A DNA stretch of 61,837 nucleotides from Gemmatimonadota bacterium. GTDB taxonomy: Bacteria; Gemmatimonadota; Gemmatimonadetes; Palauibacterales; Palauibacteraceae. Position 1 is the first letter of the stretch, and each line of letters starts with the position of its first letter. The notes under the pieces are model-generated. The model was not told the DNA's origin. It saw nothing but the letters and a program-made list of their open reading frames with translations, and did no database searches. The position numbers and the translations under genes are program-made. The stretch lies in contig CP070670.1 of the NCBI GenBank assembly GCA_020351855.1, positions 1,592,767-1,654,603 of the forward strand, written 5' to 3'. This document shows positions 1 to 8,664 of this stretch, one piece after another.

Positions 1-594
1 TAGGCGCACCTTGATCTCGACCGCTCCCATGCAGGCGAACCCGTTGACCTTGATGACCGGCGCGTCCGGCCCGGCGTCCTGTGTGAAGTGCGCGAAGCCG
101 CCCATGATCGCGAACCCGTTGGATTCGACGCGCACCCCTGGCGGGACGAGGATCTCCACCCCACCCATGAAGGCAGCCACGGTGACCTCGACGACGGGCT
201 CCCCGAAGCGGGCCTCGCGAAAGTCGACCGTCGCCCCGCCCATCAGCGCCAGACAGTTCAAGTGTCGAGGTGGGGTCCACTGCCCCTTCCGATCAGCGCC
301 ACTCATGATCGCCACCATGGTCTGAGTGAGCTGAACGGCGCGCCATCGCTCGATCGGAAGTGGCGCCGGCGCCGGCGCGCCCGCCTCGGCCGGCAGTGCG
401 GGCAGGTCTGCCACGAGCCGCGCCAGATCGGCCCGGGTCCCGGCTCCGTACACCATGTCCAGCCGTCGCTCGAGTTCCGCGACGTCCAGGTGGTCCGAAG
501 CGAAGTGGGCGGAGAGTCTCTGGACGACCTTCTCGCGCTCCTCGGCCAACCCCTCCGCGCCGGAGGGCAGCGGGCCGGGAGTCGGATCGGTCAT
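1..594 (-). CDS. DUF1707 (SHOCT-like) + LiaF/DUF2154-like domain protein, 3'-truncated by window edge
   Basis: Hand translation from ATG at 594: MTDPTPG...EEREKVVQRLSAHFASDHLDVAELERRLD...TRADLARLVADLP (DUF1707-like), then AIMSGADRKGQW...LMGGATVDFREA...FMGGVEILVPPGVRV...AIMGGF (LiaF-like repeats). Open to position 1, so absent from the ORF track. Confidence 0.8.
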   Translation of the reverse strand, partial: MTDPTPGPLPSGAEGLAEEREKVVQRLSAHFASDHLDVAELERRLDMVYGAGTRADLARLVADLPALPAEAGAPAPAPLPIERWRAVQLTQTMVAIMSGADRKGQWTPPRHLNCLALMGGATVDFREARFGEPVVEVTVAAFMGGVEILVPPGVRVESNGFAIMGGFAHFTQDAGPDAPVIKVNGFACMGAVEIKVRL

Positions 595-706
595 GAAAGC
601 ACCCCAGCAGACACGAGCCGCTCGACCGGCAGACATGTGATGGTTCTCACGGACGCCTCCCCACGGTAGCTTCCTGCAAACCGACAACCGCTCCCGGGTA
701 CCTGCT

Positions 707-1543
707 GTGCCGCGAACTGTCTTCTCGATCCCGTTCAGCAAGTATAGCGGCGCCGGAAACGATTTCGCGATCGTCGCCGAGCCCGACGCTCGTATGATGC
801 CGGCGGATGCCCTGGCCCGCCTCATCTGTCCCCGCACAACGGGCGTCGGGGTGGATGGCTTCATCCTGGTGCAGCGGCTCGCGTCGGATCGCGTCGCGGC
901 CCGCTTCTTCAACCCCGACGGGTCCGAGTTTTCCACCTGCGGAAACGGGACGCGCTGCGTCGCCCGATTTGCCCGACATCGCGGCCTGACCCCGGCCTCG
1001 TCGATGGATGTGGAGACGGCGGGAGGGGTCGTCCGTGCCGTACTTCGGGAGGAGGGCGTCGCCCTGGACTTCGAGCTCGACGCCCGCATCGAGGGCACGC
1101 TGTCGGTACCCGTAGGCGGCGATACGGCTGATGGATGGCGCGTGCGGATCGGGACCCCCCATCTGGTGGTCCCGATCGCCCGCATGCCGGACGGCGACAT
1201 CCGGCCGCTCGCCGAGCCAATCCGCTTCCACCCCGAGCTGGGGCCGGAGGGGACGAATGTGGACTTCGTCGCGCGGCATGGGCGATCGGACGCGACGATC
1301 CGGACCTACGAGCGTGGCGTCGAGGGCGAGACGCTGGCCTGCGGCAGCGGGGCGATGGCCGCGGCGCTCGTGCTCCATCGTGCCGGTCTCACGGGAGAGA
1401 CGGTGAGGCTCCACACGAGAAGCGGCGAGGATCTGAGGGTCACCCTGCTCGACGCGGGCGCCGCGGAGGGGTCGCTGCAGCGCATCCGTCTGGAGGGACC
1501 GGCGCGCCGCATCTTCGACGGGGAGTATCCGGTTGTTGGATAG
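707..1543 (+). CDS. dapF: Diaminopimelate epimerase
   Basis: KYSGAGNDF, CGNGTRC, GTPHLV, NVDF, TYERGVEGETLACGSG; both catalytic Cys present. Confidence 0.95.
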   Translation: MPRTVFSIPFSKYSGAGNDFAIVAEPDARMMPADALARLICPRTTGVGVDGFILVQRLASDRVAARFFNPDGSEFSTCGNGTRCVARFARHRGLTPASSMDVETAGGVVRAVLREEGVALDFELDARIEGTLSVPVGGDTADGWRVRIGTPHLVVPIARMPDGDIRPLAEPIRFHPELGPEGTNVDFVARHGRSDATIRTYERGVEGETLACGSGAMAAALVLHRAGLTGETVRLHTRSGEDLRVTLLDAGAAEGSLQRIRLEGPARRIFDGEYPVVG

Positions 1544-2648
1544 ATCCGCCCGGACCGGACCGGAGGAAGGCACGGAGGTGCTGGCGGATCTGCTCCTCGC
1601 CTGGTACCGGCCCGAGAAACGGGACGTCCCGTGGCGACACGCCCGTGACGCTTACGCCATCTGGGTCGGCGAGGTCATGGCCCAGCAGACGCGAATGGAC
1701 ACCGTCCGGTCCTACCACGCGCGGTTCCTGGAGCGCTTCCCCACCGCGAGTGCCCTGGCGGACGCCGATCTCGACGAGGTGCTCAAAGTCTGGGAAGGAA
1801 TGGGCTACTACGGCCGGGCCAGAAACCTGCACGCGGCTGCCCGCGAGGTCTGTCGCTCCTACGGGGGCCGACTTCCCCCTGACCGGGCTCGGCTCGAAGG
1901 ACTTCCGGGCATCGGCCGATACACGGCGGGCGCAGTCGCGAGTCTCGCGTTCGGTCTTGAAGAACCCGCCGTGGATGGCAACGCACGGCGTGTCCTGAGC
2001 CGGCTTTTCGACATGGCGAACCCGTCTCCGGCCCTGTTGCACGAGGCGGTTCTCGGCCTGATGGGGAGCCGGCCCGGCTGCGCAGCCCATCTCAACCAGG
2101 CCTTGATGGATCTGGGAGCCGGCATCTGCACCCCACGTTCACCACGCTGCGGGTCCTGTCCGGCCGCCGGACGGTGCCTGGCCCTCGCTCGCGGAACGGT
2201 GGCTCGCCGCCCGGCCCCGCGGCGGCGCGGCCCCCTCCCCCATCAGACCGTGGGCGTGGGTGTCGTGTGGCGAGAGGGCCGGGTCCTCATCGCACGGAGA
2301 CCGCCCTCCGGGCTCCTCGGCGGCCTGTGGGAGTTCCCGGGAGGAAAGCTGGAGAACGGAGAGTCACCGGCGGATGCGGTGCGGCGTGAGCTGCGGGAGG
2401 AGGTCGGCATCGAAGTACGGGTGGGCGATCTCATCGACCGCGTCAACCACGCCTACAGCCACTTCCGCGTCACCTTGCACTTCTACGAGGCTACCTACGT
2501 GTCCGGCCGGGCCAGAGCGCGGGCCGCGACCGCAGTCCGCTGGGTGGAGCCGCGGCGGCTCGTCGACTTCGCCTTCCCGACCGCATCGCTCCCGATCGTT
2601 CGTCGCCTGCAGGCCCGGCCGTCGAGCGAGCCAGGCTCGCCGACCTGA
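1533..2648 (+). CDS. mutY: A/G-specific adenine glycosylase with C-terminal Nudix domain
   Basis: EVMAQQT, WEGMGYYGRARNLH, HhH LPGIGRYTA, VDGN, Fe-S motif CTPRSPRCGSCP...C, Nudix box GGKLENGE...RELREEVG. Start may be GTG at 1577. Confidence 0.95.
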   Translation: MLDRSARTGPEEGTEVLADLLLAWYRPEKRDVPWRHARDAYAIWVGEVMAQQTRMDTVRSYHARFLERFPTASALADADLDEVLKVWEGMGYYGRARNLHAAAREVCRSYGGRLPPDRARLEGLPGIGRYTAGAVASLAFGLEEPAVDGNARRVLSRLFDMANPSPALLHEAVLGLMGSRPGCAAHLNQALMDLGAGICTPRSPRCGSCPAAGRCLALARGTVARRPAPRRRGPLPHQTVGVGVVWREGRVLIARRPPSGLLGGLWEFPGGKLENGESPADAVRRELREEVGIEVRVGDLIDRVNHAYSHFRVTLHFYEATYVSGRARARAATAVRWVEPRRLVDFAFPTASLPIVRRLQARPSSEPGSPT

Positions 2649-2684
2649 CAACACGGCGACCGACGCGCCCAGACCGCGCCGGTT

Positions 2685-3929
2685 CTAACGATCCGTCGCT
2701 TCGGACGGAGCGCCTGGCGTGGGGAGCCCGGCCAGCGTCGATAGCCAGAGCGCCGCAGCGGCCAGCAGCAGAGCGCTGAGCTGAAACGAGAGCGCGTAGC
2801 CGAGCGCGCCGAACGCCCAGCCTCCGGCCAGCGGTCCCAGAACGCGCGCCAGGGCGCTGGCGGACTGGTTGACCCCGAGCACGCTTCCTTGATCGGTCTC
2901 GTCCGCTCGCCCCGACAGGATCCCGAGCAGTGCCGGGTTGAACAGCCCCCAGCCCAGGCCGAGGAAGGAGAGGGAGAGAAGGATGCCGCGAGTCTGGGGC
3001 CACGACGGGAGAATGAGAAAGGCGCCAAACACCGCGACCAACCCCATTAGCGCGGTGTGCTTTTCGCCGATCCGATCCACCACGCGGCCCACGATTCCCC
3101 CCTGTGTGGTGACGGATACGAGGCCGGAAAGCGCAAAGAAGGCACCGGCCTCGGTGGCCGTCATCCCGATCGGCTCGTCGAGGAAAAGCGGGAAGATCGT
3201 CGTGTACGCAGCGAAGCCCGTATTCGCGAGAAGCGTGGCCCCGATCGGACCCCTGAACCTGGCATCGCCCAGAGTGCGAGCCAGCGCTCGGACCTGCGCG
3301 CCAGCCGCTTTCGCTCCCGCAGCCGGCGCCGCGAGCCTCCTTCGCTGCTGCGCAGGCAGAGACTCGGGGAGGAACGCCACTGCGACGAGCGCTGCGAGGA
3401 GGCTCAGTCCCGATGCGAACACGCCGGGCAGGGCGTATCCCCAGCGGCTCATGAAGCCCCCCAGGGCGGGGCCGATGATGAAGCCGATGCCGAACGCTGC
3501 CCCGATGAGCCCCATGGCCCGGGCACGGCTTTCCCGCGGGCTGCTGTCCGCGACGTAGGCCTGGGCCACGGGAATGGTCGCCCCGGTCAGACCGCCGACG
3601 ATCCTCGACAGAAGGAGTACCTCGACCGTGCCGGCGAAGGCGAAGACCAGGTAGGAACCGGCCGAGCCCACAAGCCCGACGATCAGCAGCGGACGTCGGC
3701 CATAGCGGTCGGAGAGGCGACCCCATAGCGGAGCGAAGAGAAACTGCATGGCCGAGTACGAACCGATGATCGCACCGACCTCCAGCGCGCCGGCGCCCAG
3801 CTCGGTTGCGAAAAACGGAAGGAGCGGCAGGACGATCCCGAAGCCGATCAGGTTGATGACGACGGTGAGGAATACGATTCCCAGCGACAGGCCCCGGCGA
3901 GCCCCTCCGCTGCGAGACCTCCCGCTCAG
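2685..3929 (-). CDS. MFS transporter (DHA1/TetA-like family)
   Basis: About 12 hydrophobic segments; motif A GRLSDRYGRRP; motif C-like GFIIGPALGG. Start uncertain, placed where it overlaps the upstream TGA; the ORF-track N-terminal extension is unlikely. Confidence 0.85.
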   Translation of the reverse strand: MSGRSRSGGARRGLSLGIVFLTVVINLIGFGIVLPLLPFFATELGAGALEVGAIIGSYSAMQFLFAPLWGRLSDRYGRRPLLIVGLVGSAGSYLVFAFAGTVEVLLLSRIVGGLTGATIPVAQAYVADSSPRESRARAMGLIGAAFGIGFIIGPALGGFMSRWGYALPGVFASGLSLLAALVAVAFLPESLPAQQRRRLAAPAAGAKAAGAQVRALARTLGDARFRGPIGATLLANTGFAAYTTIFPLFLDEPIGMTATEAGAFFALSGLVSVTTQGGIVGRVVDRIGEKHTALMGLVAVFGAFLILPSWPQTRGILLSLSFLGLGWGLFNPALLGILSGRADETDQGSVLGVNQSASALARVLGPLAGGWAFGALGYALSFQLSALLLAAAALWLSTLAGLPTPGAPSEATDR

Positions 3930-4732
3930 GGTTCCTCCCGCTCCATGGGCGCCCCGTACGGCAGACCCTGCTCCTCGAGATGAGCAAGATGGGCACGAAT
4001 GGAGCTCTCGGCGGCAGACTCGAGGCCGGCAGGCAAGTCGGGATAGACGCGTTCCCTGATGTCCTGGAGGGACGCTGCCCCGTCGGCGAGCGCGACCCGG
4101 ATCTGGCGCTCGCGGTCGAGCCGGTGTCGGCGATACGCCTCGAGCCGAGGCACGGCCTCTTCGACGGGCTCTCCATGTCCGGGAAGCAGACGAGAGGGTC
4201 GAAGGGAGATGAGCCGCGCCAGGCTGGCCAGGTAGGAGCTCATCCGACCATCCGGATGCGCGACGAGCGTCGAGCCCTCGCCGAGAACGGTGTCTCCGGT
4301 AAACATCCACCCTACGGGCCGGAGGAAGAAGCTGAGCGAGTCCGGGGAGTGCCCCGGCGTCTCCACCACGTCCAGCCACGCCGCCCCCCCGTCGATCTCC
4401 AGACGATCTCCGTCGGAGAGAGTACGGCCGTCCAGGCCCAGTCGGGCGAGCGCCTCGGCCGCCGCGGCCAGTGGAGCGCCGAACGCCTCACAGGCGGCCC
4501 TGGCGAGGGCCGCGTGATCGGGATGGCCATGGGTGAGGCAGACCCACTCGATCGCGGCCCTCCCGACGAGCTCCCGCAGCCGCTCGATCTGTCCCGGCAG
4601 ATCGGGACCGGGGTCGAGCAGGACCGCCTGCCCGACTCCGATCCGATAGGTGCGGGTGCCGTCGAGCGTCAACGGACCCGGGTTGTCGCCAACCGCCGAT
4701 CCCACTCCAGCTCCGAGTTCGTCGCCCGCCAC
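3926..4732 (-). CDS. MBL-fold metallo-hydrolase (LACTB2-like)
   Basis: DNPGPLTLDGTRTY, THGHPDH, TPGHSPD, FTGDTVLG, LLPGHG, and a C-terminal winged-helix-like tail (AHLAHL). Confidence 0.9.
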   Translation of the reverse strand: MAGDELGAGVGSAVGDNPGPLTLDGTRTYRIGVGQAVLLDPGPDLPGQIERLRELVGRAAIEWVCLTHGHPDHAALARAACEAFGAPLAAAAEALARLGLDGRTLSDGDRLEIDGGAAWLDVVETPGHSPDSLSFFLRPVGWMFTGDTVLGEGSTLVAHPDGRMSSYLASLARLISLRPSRLLPGHGEPVEEAVPRLEAYRRHRLDRERQIRVALADGAASLQDIRERVYPDLPAGLESAAESSIRAHLAHLEEQGLPYGAPMEREEP

Positions 4733-4744
4733 GTTGACCCCGAT

Positions 4745-5557
4745 CTACTTCAGTTCGACCGGAGCGGGCCGGATGCGACCCTCCTCGATGATCAGTCGCG
4801 CGAGGATCGGCTTCACCTCTCGCTCCCTGAAGGCAACGAAGACCTCATCCAGGCGGTCGAACCGCCTCAGGAGCTCCAACGTCATGCGGGTGGGAAACAG
4901 CATCGGCAGCAGCCCCGCACGGAATCGATCGAGGGCCTCGGCCGGCTCCATCCAGACGAAGGCCGTATGCTCATGAGTGATCTCGGGCGTCCCGCCGGGA
5001 TGGCGAGCCATGAAGAACATGGTGTCGTACCGCCGGTCAAGCTCGACGGGGGTGATCCAGCGGGCGAAGTAGACGGCGGAGGCCGCGTCAAGCATCACGC
5101 CACTTCGCTCGAGCAGCCGGGCGAAGGTCACCGACCCCTCAAGCAGCGCCGTCCGGCTGTTCCGCACCTGCCCCAGCGCATCGGGATCGACCCCCTCGCT
5201 CGCCAGCAGCAGACCGGTCTCCTCGAACGCCTCCCGAAAGCCGGCGAACAGAGCGGCACGGACGGTCATGGATTCGAAAGCGCAGGAGGAGAGTCGATCG
5301 AGCGCCTCGGAGGACCGGTCCTCCGGATCGATCGTGCCACCGGGAAACACGTGCGCGCCCGCCGCGAATCGGCTCGCGAGGGGACGCTGTAGCAGGAGAA
5401 CCTCGAACCCGCCCCCCGCCGGGCGGGCCAGACACACGGTCGCAGCCGGCCGCGGATCGACGGCCGGGGTGCCAGGAGGAACGTGACCTCGAGCGAACTC
5501 CTGTTCCTCGATCGCACGCTGCACCCGGTCCAGATCCCTGGACCCGTCCTCTACCAC
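4745..5557 (-). CDS. Nudix hydrolase, NUDT19-like (split Nudix box)
   Basis: RPAATVCL, VFPGGTID...(insertion)...FREAFEETG, ARWITP, RYDTMFF, FPT. GTG start at 5557 overlaps the upstream stop. Confidence 0.85.
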   Translation of the reverse strand: MVEDGSRDLDRVQRAIEEQEFARGHVPPGTPAVDPRPAATVCLARPAGGGFEVLLLQRPLASRFAAGAHVFPGGTIDPEDRSSEALDRLSSCAFESMTVRAALFAGFREAFEETGLLLASEGVDPDALGQVRNSRTALLEGSVTFARLLERSGVMLDAASAVYFARWITPVELDRRYDTMFFMARHPGGTPEITHEHTAFVWMEPAEALDRFRAGLLPMLFPTRMTLELLRRFDRLDEVFVAFREREVKPILARLIIEEGRIRPAPVELK

Positions 5558-6327
5558 CCGATCAGCTCCAGGGGCGAGGTGTCCGGGGCGAGGAGCAGCA
5601 GCGCCAGGAAGAGAAGCAGCATGAGCAATCCGACCAGAGGAACAAGCACGACGGCCGCTGCCCGCCCCGCGGTCGTCTGGTGGCCCACCCGGATGCCGAT
5701 CGAGAGAAGGGTGACGGACCAGACGAGCGCCAGGAGAGGACCCAGGAGCGGGATGGCCGTCAGTATGGCGGGCCCCCACGCATAGCAGCAAACCCGGCTC
5801 GTCGCCCGAAATCCCCGCTGGTTCGGTACGAGGGCGAGCACCATCAGCTGCAGCACGAACACGCCGAACGCCAAGGCGAAAAGGGCGGCAAACGGCTCCA
5901 GGAAAAATTGAACCAGCGGATCTAGGCCGGTTTCCAGCGGGGCCAGCCCGGGATATAGCGAGGGTCCGGCCGATCGCCAGACAAGTACGAAGAAAGCCGA
6001 AACGATGGACACGATGAGGTAGTAGAGCAGGGGTCGGGCCAGCGATTCCTCGTAGTGAAGCCATCGGAAAAACTCGCTCGGGGCGAGCAGGCTCTGCCTT
6101 AAGGTCAGGATGAGGCTTCCCGGAAAACGGACGGTCTGGTCCTCCCAAGGGACCCCTGGCAGCTCTCCCTCCGCAGCCGAGTCACCGACCCCCGCACTCA
6201 TGCGGGCTCCGCACAGAGGACACTCGCTGGTGGTCGACTCGAAACCGCAGTGTGGACAGACCGACAAGCGTGACCTCGGGTTGGGACGCCGCGCCGGCTC
6301 CGGGCGCTGGAGCGTCGCGTCAGGCAA
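5551..6327 (-). CDS. Zinc-ribbon + Yip1-domain membrane protein
   Basis: CPHCG...CPLCG, PWED, LLAPSEFF, several TM helices, TSRVCCYAWGP, GIRVGHQTTAGRA. Confidence 0.8.
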   Translation of the reverse strand: MPDATLQRPEPARRPNPRSRLSVCPHCGFESTTSECPLCGARMSAGVGDSAAEGELPGVPWEDQTVRFPGSLILTLRQSLLAPSEFFRWLHYEESLARPLLYYLIVSIVSAFFVLVWRSAGPSLYPGLAPLETGLDPLVQFFLEPFAALFALAFGVFVLQLMVLALVPNQRGFRATSRVCCYAWGPAILTAIPLLGPLLALVWSVTLLSIGIRVGHQTTAGRAAAVVLVPLVGLLMLLLFLALLLLAPDTSPLELIGW

Positions 6328-6330
6328 AAC

Positions 6331-7215
6331 TCAGCGCCCGCGACTCAGCCACCGATGCATGCCGCGAACGTTCAGGGTGAACCACTCCTCGTATCCGGTC
6401 CAATCAGCGTATTCGGCCAGGCGGATTCGCTCGGCAGCCTCGTCCTGGGTCCAGCCCTCGGCCACCGCCTGCTCGACGGCCGCGCGGAGATCCTCGTAAT
6501 AGCGAATCTGCCGTCTGATGGAGTCGTGATCACCCGGCGGACCATGGCCGAACGCGATCGTGTCGAAGTCGAGGGCATCCAGCGCCTCGAGTGCGGAAAA
6601 GAAGTCGGGGAAGATGTGGCTGCCGAGGTCTCGGTAGCCCACGCGATCGTTGCCCACGAAGTCGACGGCGAAGGCCAGCTTGGCATCAGGCACGAGCGCT
6701 ACGATCATGCTCGTCGTATGACTCGGCCCGAGGTAGAGGAGCTCGATCGAACGTCCGCCCGCTCGGAGAGTGAGCCGCCGGCTAAAGGTCAGGTCGGGGG
6801 CGGGCAGCACGGGGCTGGCGGCCTCGATCAGCGGACCGAGGGCATTCTCGTGTGCTATGATCGGCACGCGGCCCCCGAATATGGCCCGGAGCACGGAGGC
6901 GCCGGAGGCGTGGTCCGCGTGATGGTGGCTGTACACGATCGCCAGGAGAGGAAGGGCTGGGGCCGACCGCCGGATCTCCTGGGCAAGCAGGCGTGCCGCA
7001 TCGGGAGTAATGGGGTCGAAGGCTACGACCCCGTCCTCGGTGACCACGAACGCGGTGTTGTAGCCGCCGTACCGGAAGATGAATACGCCGTTCGCCAGCT
7101 CGGTCGTGTCCCAGTCGGGCGCCTGCGCCTGCGCGTTCCCCGGGGCAAGAAGGAAGGCCAGCACGCAGATGGCCAGGGTCCCGAATCTTGCCAGCGGCGG
7201 CGGTCGGCCCTGCAT
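6331..7215 (-). CDS. Secreted MBL-fold metallo-hydrolase
   Basis: Signal peptide (AQAQA), YSHHHADH, HT, VDF, FGHG. Confidence 0.88.
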   Translation of the reverse strand: MQGRPPPLARFGTLAICVLAFLLAPGNAQAQAPDWDTTELANGVFIFRYGGYNTAFVVTEDGVVAFDPITPDAARLLAQEIRRSAPALPLLAIVYSHHHADHASGASVLRAIFGGRVPIIAHENALGPLIEAASPVLPAPDLTFSRRLTLRAGGRSIELLYLGPSHTTSMIVALVPDAKLAFAVDFVGNDRVGYRDLGSHIFPDFFSALEALDALDFDTIAFGHGPPGDHDSIRRQIRYYEDLRAAVEQAVAEGWTQDEAAERIRLAEYADWTGYEEWFTLNVRGMHRWLSRGR

Positions 7216-7234
7216 CGTGGTCTCTACCTCCCCC

Positions 7235-8338
7235 TCAGTCGAGTAGCCTCAGCGGCATGACCAGACACAGGTAGTTCGAGTCCCCCTCGGCTGGCTGGAA
7301 GGTGGCCGCCCGCTCCGGAGCCTTGAACGTCATCTTGACATCATCGCCGGACATGTAGCGGAGGACCTCCAGCATGTAGTTCGCGTTGAAGCCGATCTCC
7401 AGTTCCTCTCCATCGTAGTCCACTGCCAGGGAATCCTCGGCCTCGCCCAGATCCGGAGTCTGCACGCGAAACTTCAGTGCCCCCGGCTCGAAGTGCAAAC
7501 GGACACGGTGCGTCTGATCGCTGGCCACGACGGCCATGCGGCGGATGGCCGCCTCCAACCCGCCGCGGCTGGCCACAGCCTCCTTGTCATTGTCCTTCGG
7601 GATCACTTGCTCGTAGTTGGGATAGGGTCCCTCGATCAGGCGCGTGTACACGGCCCGGTGATCGGACCGGAAGGCCAGGTGATTAGCGGAGTGCGCGACC
7701 TCCAGCTCCTCATCGGCATCGAATAGGCGCTCGACCTGGCCGAGGGCCTTGGGCGGCACAATGAGGTCTGCCTCGGGAGCCCCCATCTCGCGAAGCTCCT
7801 TGGTCATCATGGCCAGGCGATGCCCGTTCGTCGCTACCATGGTCGTGGAATCGGGACGCAGCTGCCACAGCACGCCATTCAGGATCGGTCGGCTTTCCTC
7901 GGTCGATGCGGCGAACGACGTGTGAGAGATCAGCTCCTGAAGGGCTGCGGCCGACATCTTCCAGGATTCCGAGAAGTCCACCTCGGGGAAGCTCGGAAAC
8001 TCCCCCTCCGGCAGGCCGTACAGCCGGAACCGGCTCCTGCCGCACGTGATCTCGATCTGGTCCTGATCGGCCTTTAGATGGACCGGCGCGTCTTCCAGCT
8101 CCCGTGTGATCTCGGAGAACTTCTTTGCCGGAACGGTAACCGCACCCTCCGCTTCCACCTCGGCATCAACCGTAACCCGGACAGAGATATCGAGATCGGT
8201 ACCACACAGCTGTACCGAGTCCCCGTCCACCCGAACGAGGATGTTGGACAGGACGGGAAGGGTGGTGCGTGCCGGGATCGTTGCGGACACGGCGCCAAGA
8301 CCCTTTTGCAGCTTGTCCCGGGATATCGAAAGCTTCAT
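7235..8338 (-). CDS. dnaN: DNA polymerase III beta clamp
   Basis: TTLPVLSNIL, GTDLD, RPILNGV, ATNGHRL, EGPYPNY, IGFNANY, LVMPLRL. Confidence 0.98.
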   Translation of the reverse strand: MKLSISRDKLQKGLGAVSATIPARTTLPVLSNILVRVDGDSVQLCGTDLDISVRVTVDAEVEAEGAVTVPAKKFSEITRELEDAPVHLKADQDQIEITCGRSRFRLYGLPEGEFPSFPEVDFSESWKMSAAALQELISHTSFAASTEESRPILNGVLWQLRPDSTTMVATNGHRLAMMTKELREMGAPEADLIVPPKALGQVERLFDADEELEVAHSANHLAFRSDHRAVYTRLIEGPYPNYEQVIPKDNDKEAVASRGGLEAAIRRMAVVASDQTHRVRLHFEPGALKFRVQTPDLGEAEDSLAVDYDGEELEIGFNANYMLEVLRYMSGDDVKMTFKAPERAATFQPAEGDSNYLCLVMPLRLLD

Positions 8339-8664
8339 CGAGAACCTCGCGGATCGGACATGGAATGCGGAAACGTAGTTCTAATACCTAGTTGAAATAT
8401 CATCTTAGTAGTCGTAGTAGGACCTGTTGGAAAGTGGAAAACGATGATTCGGGACGGTGGCAGCCGCGCAAAGACGCGACTTGCCCGGTTTCGGCGCGTT
8501 GTCGATTGGTCCGGAGAGCAGTTGAGGATCAAGGAGAAGAATCCACCGCCGGGAGGCGGTCAGAATCGCCGTCCACGCCCGTCCCGACGCAATCCACGGT
8601 TCTCGTCCCTCCTTTTCGACAGCTTGGGGAACGGAGGCAACGGTCGGAAGAGTGGGCAACCATG
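8339..8664. other. oriC: Chromosomal replication origin (oriC) in the dnaA-dnaN intergenic region
   Basis: AT-rich patch at about 8377-8420, DnaA-trio run, degenerate DnaA boxes (AGTGGAAAA 8433-8441, TTTTCGACA 8613-8621, AGTGGATAA 8751-8759 inside the dnaA 3' end), and parS/parAB about 10 kb away. Confidence 0.85.
8406..8441 (+). promoter_or_regulatory. DnaA-trio array + GC spacer + tandem DnaA boxes (basal unwinding system)
   Basis: TAG TAG TCG TAG TAG - GACC - TGTTGGAAA/AGTGGAAAA (boxes overlap by 1 nt), the same layout as the B. subtilis incC module. Confidence 0.85.

Noticed and set aside
2685-3929. Tetracycline resistance determinant
   Set aside because: A generic DHA1-type MFS inside a housekeeping operon with no tetR; substrate cannot be inferred.
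3926-7215. Beta-lactamase genes
   Set aside because: MBL fold only; motifs fit LACTB2/glyoxalase-II-like and generic secreted hydrolases, not subclass B1-B3 enzymes.
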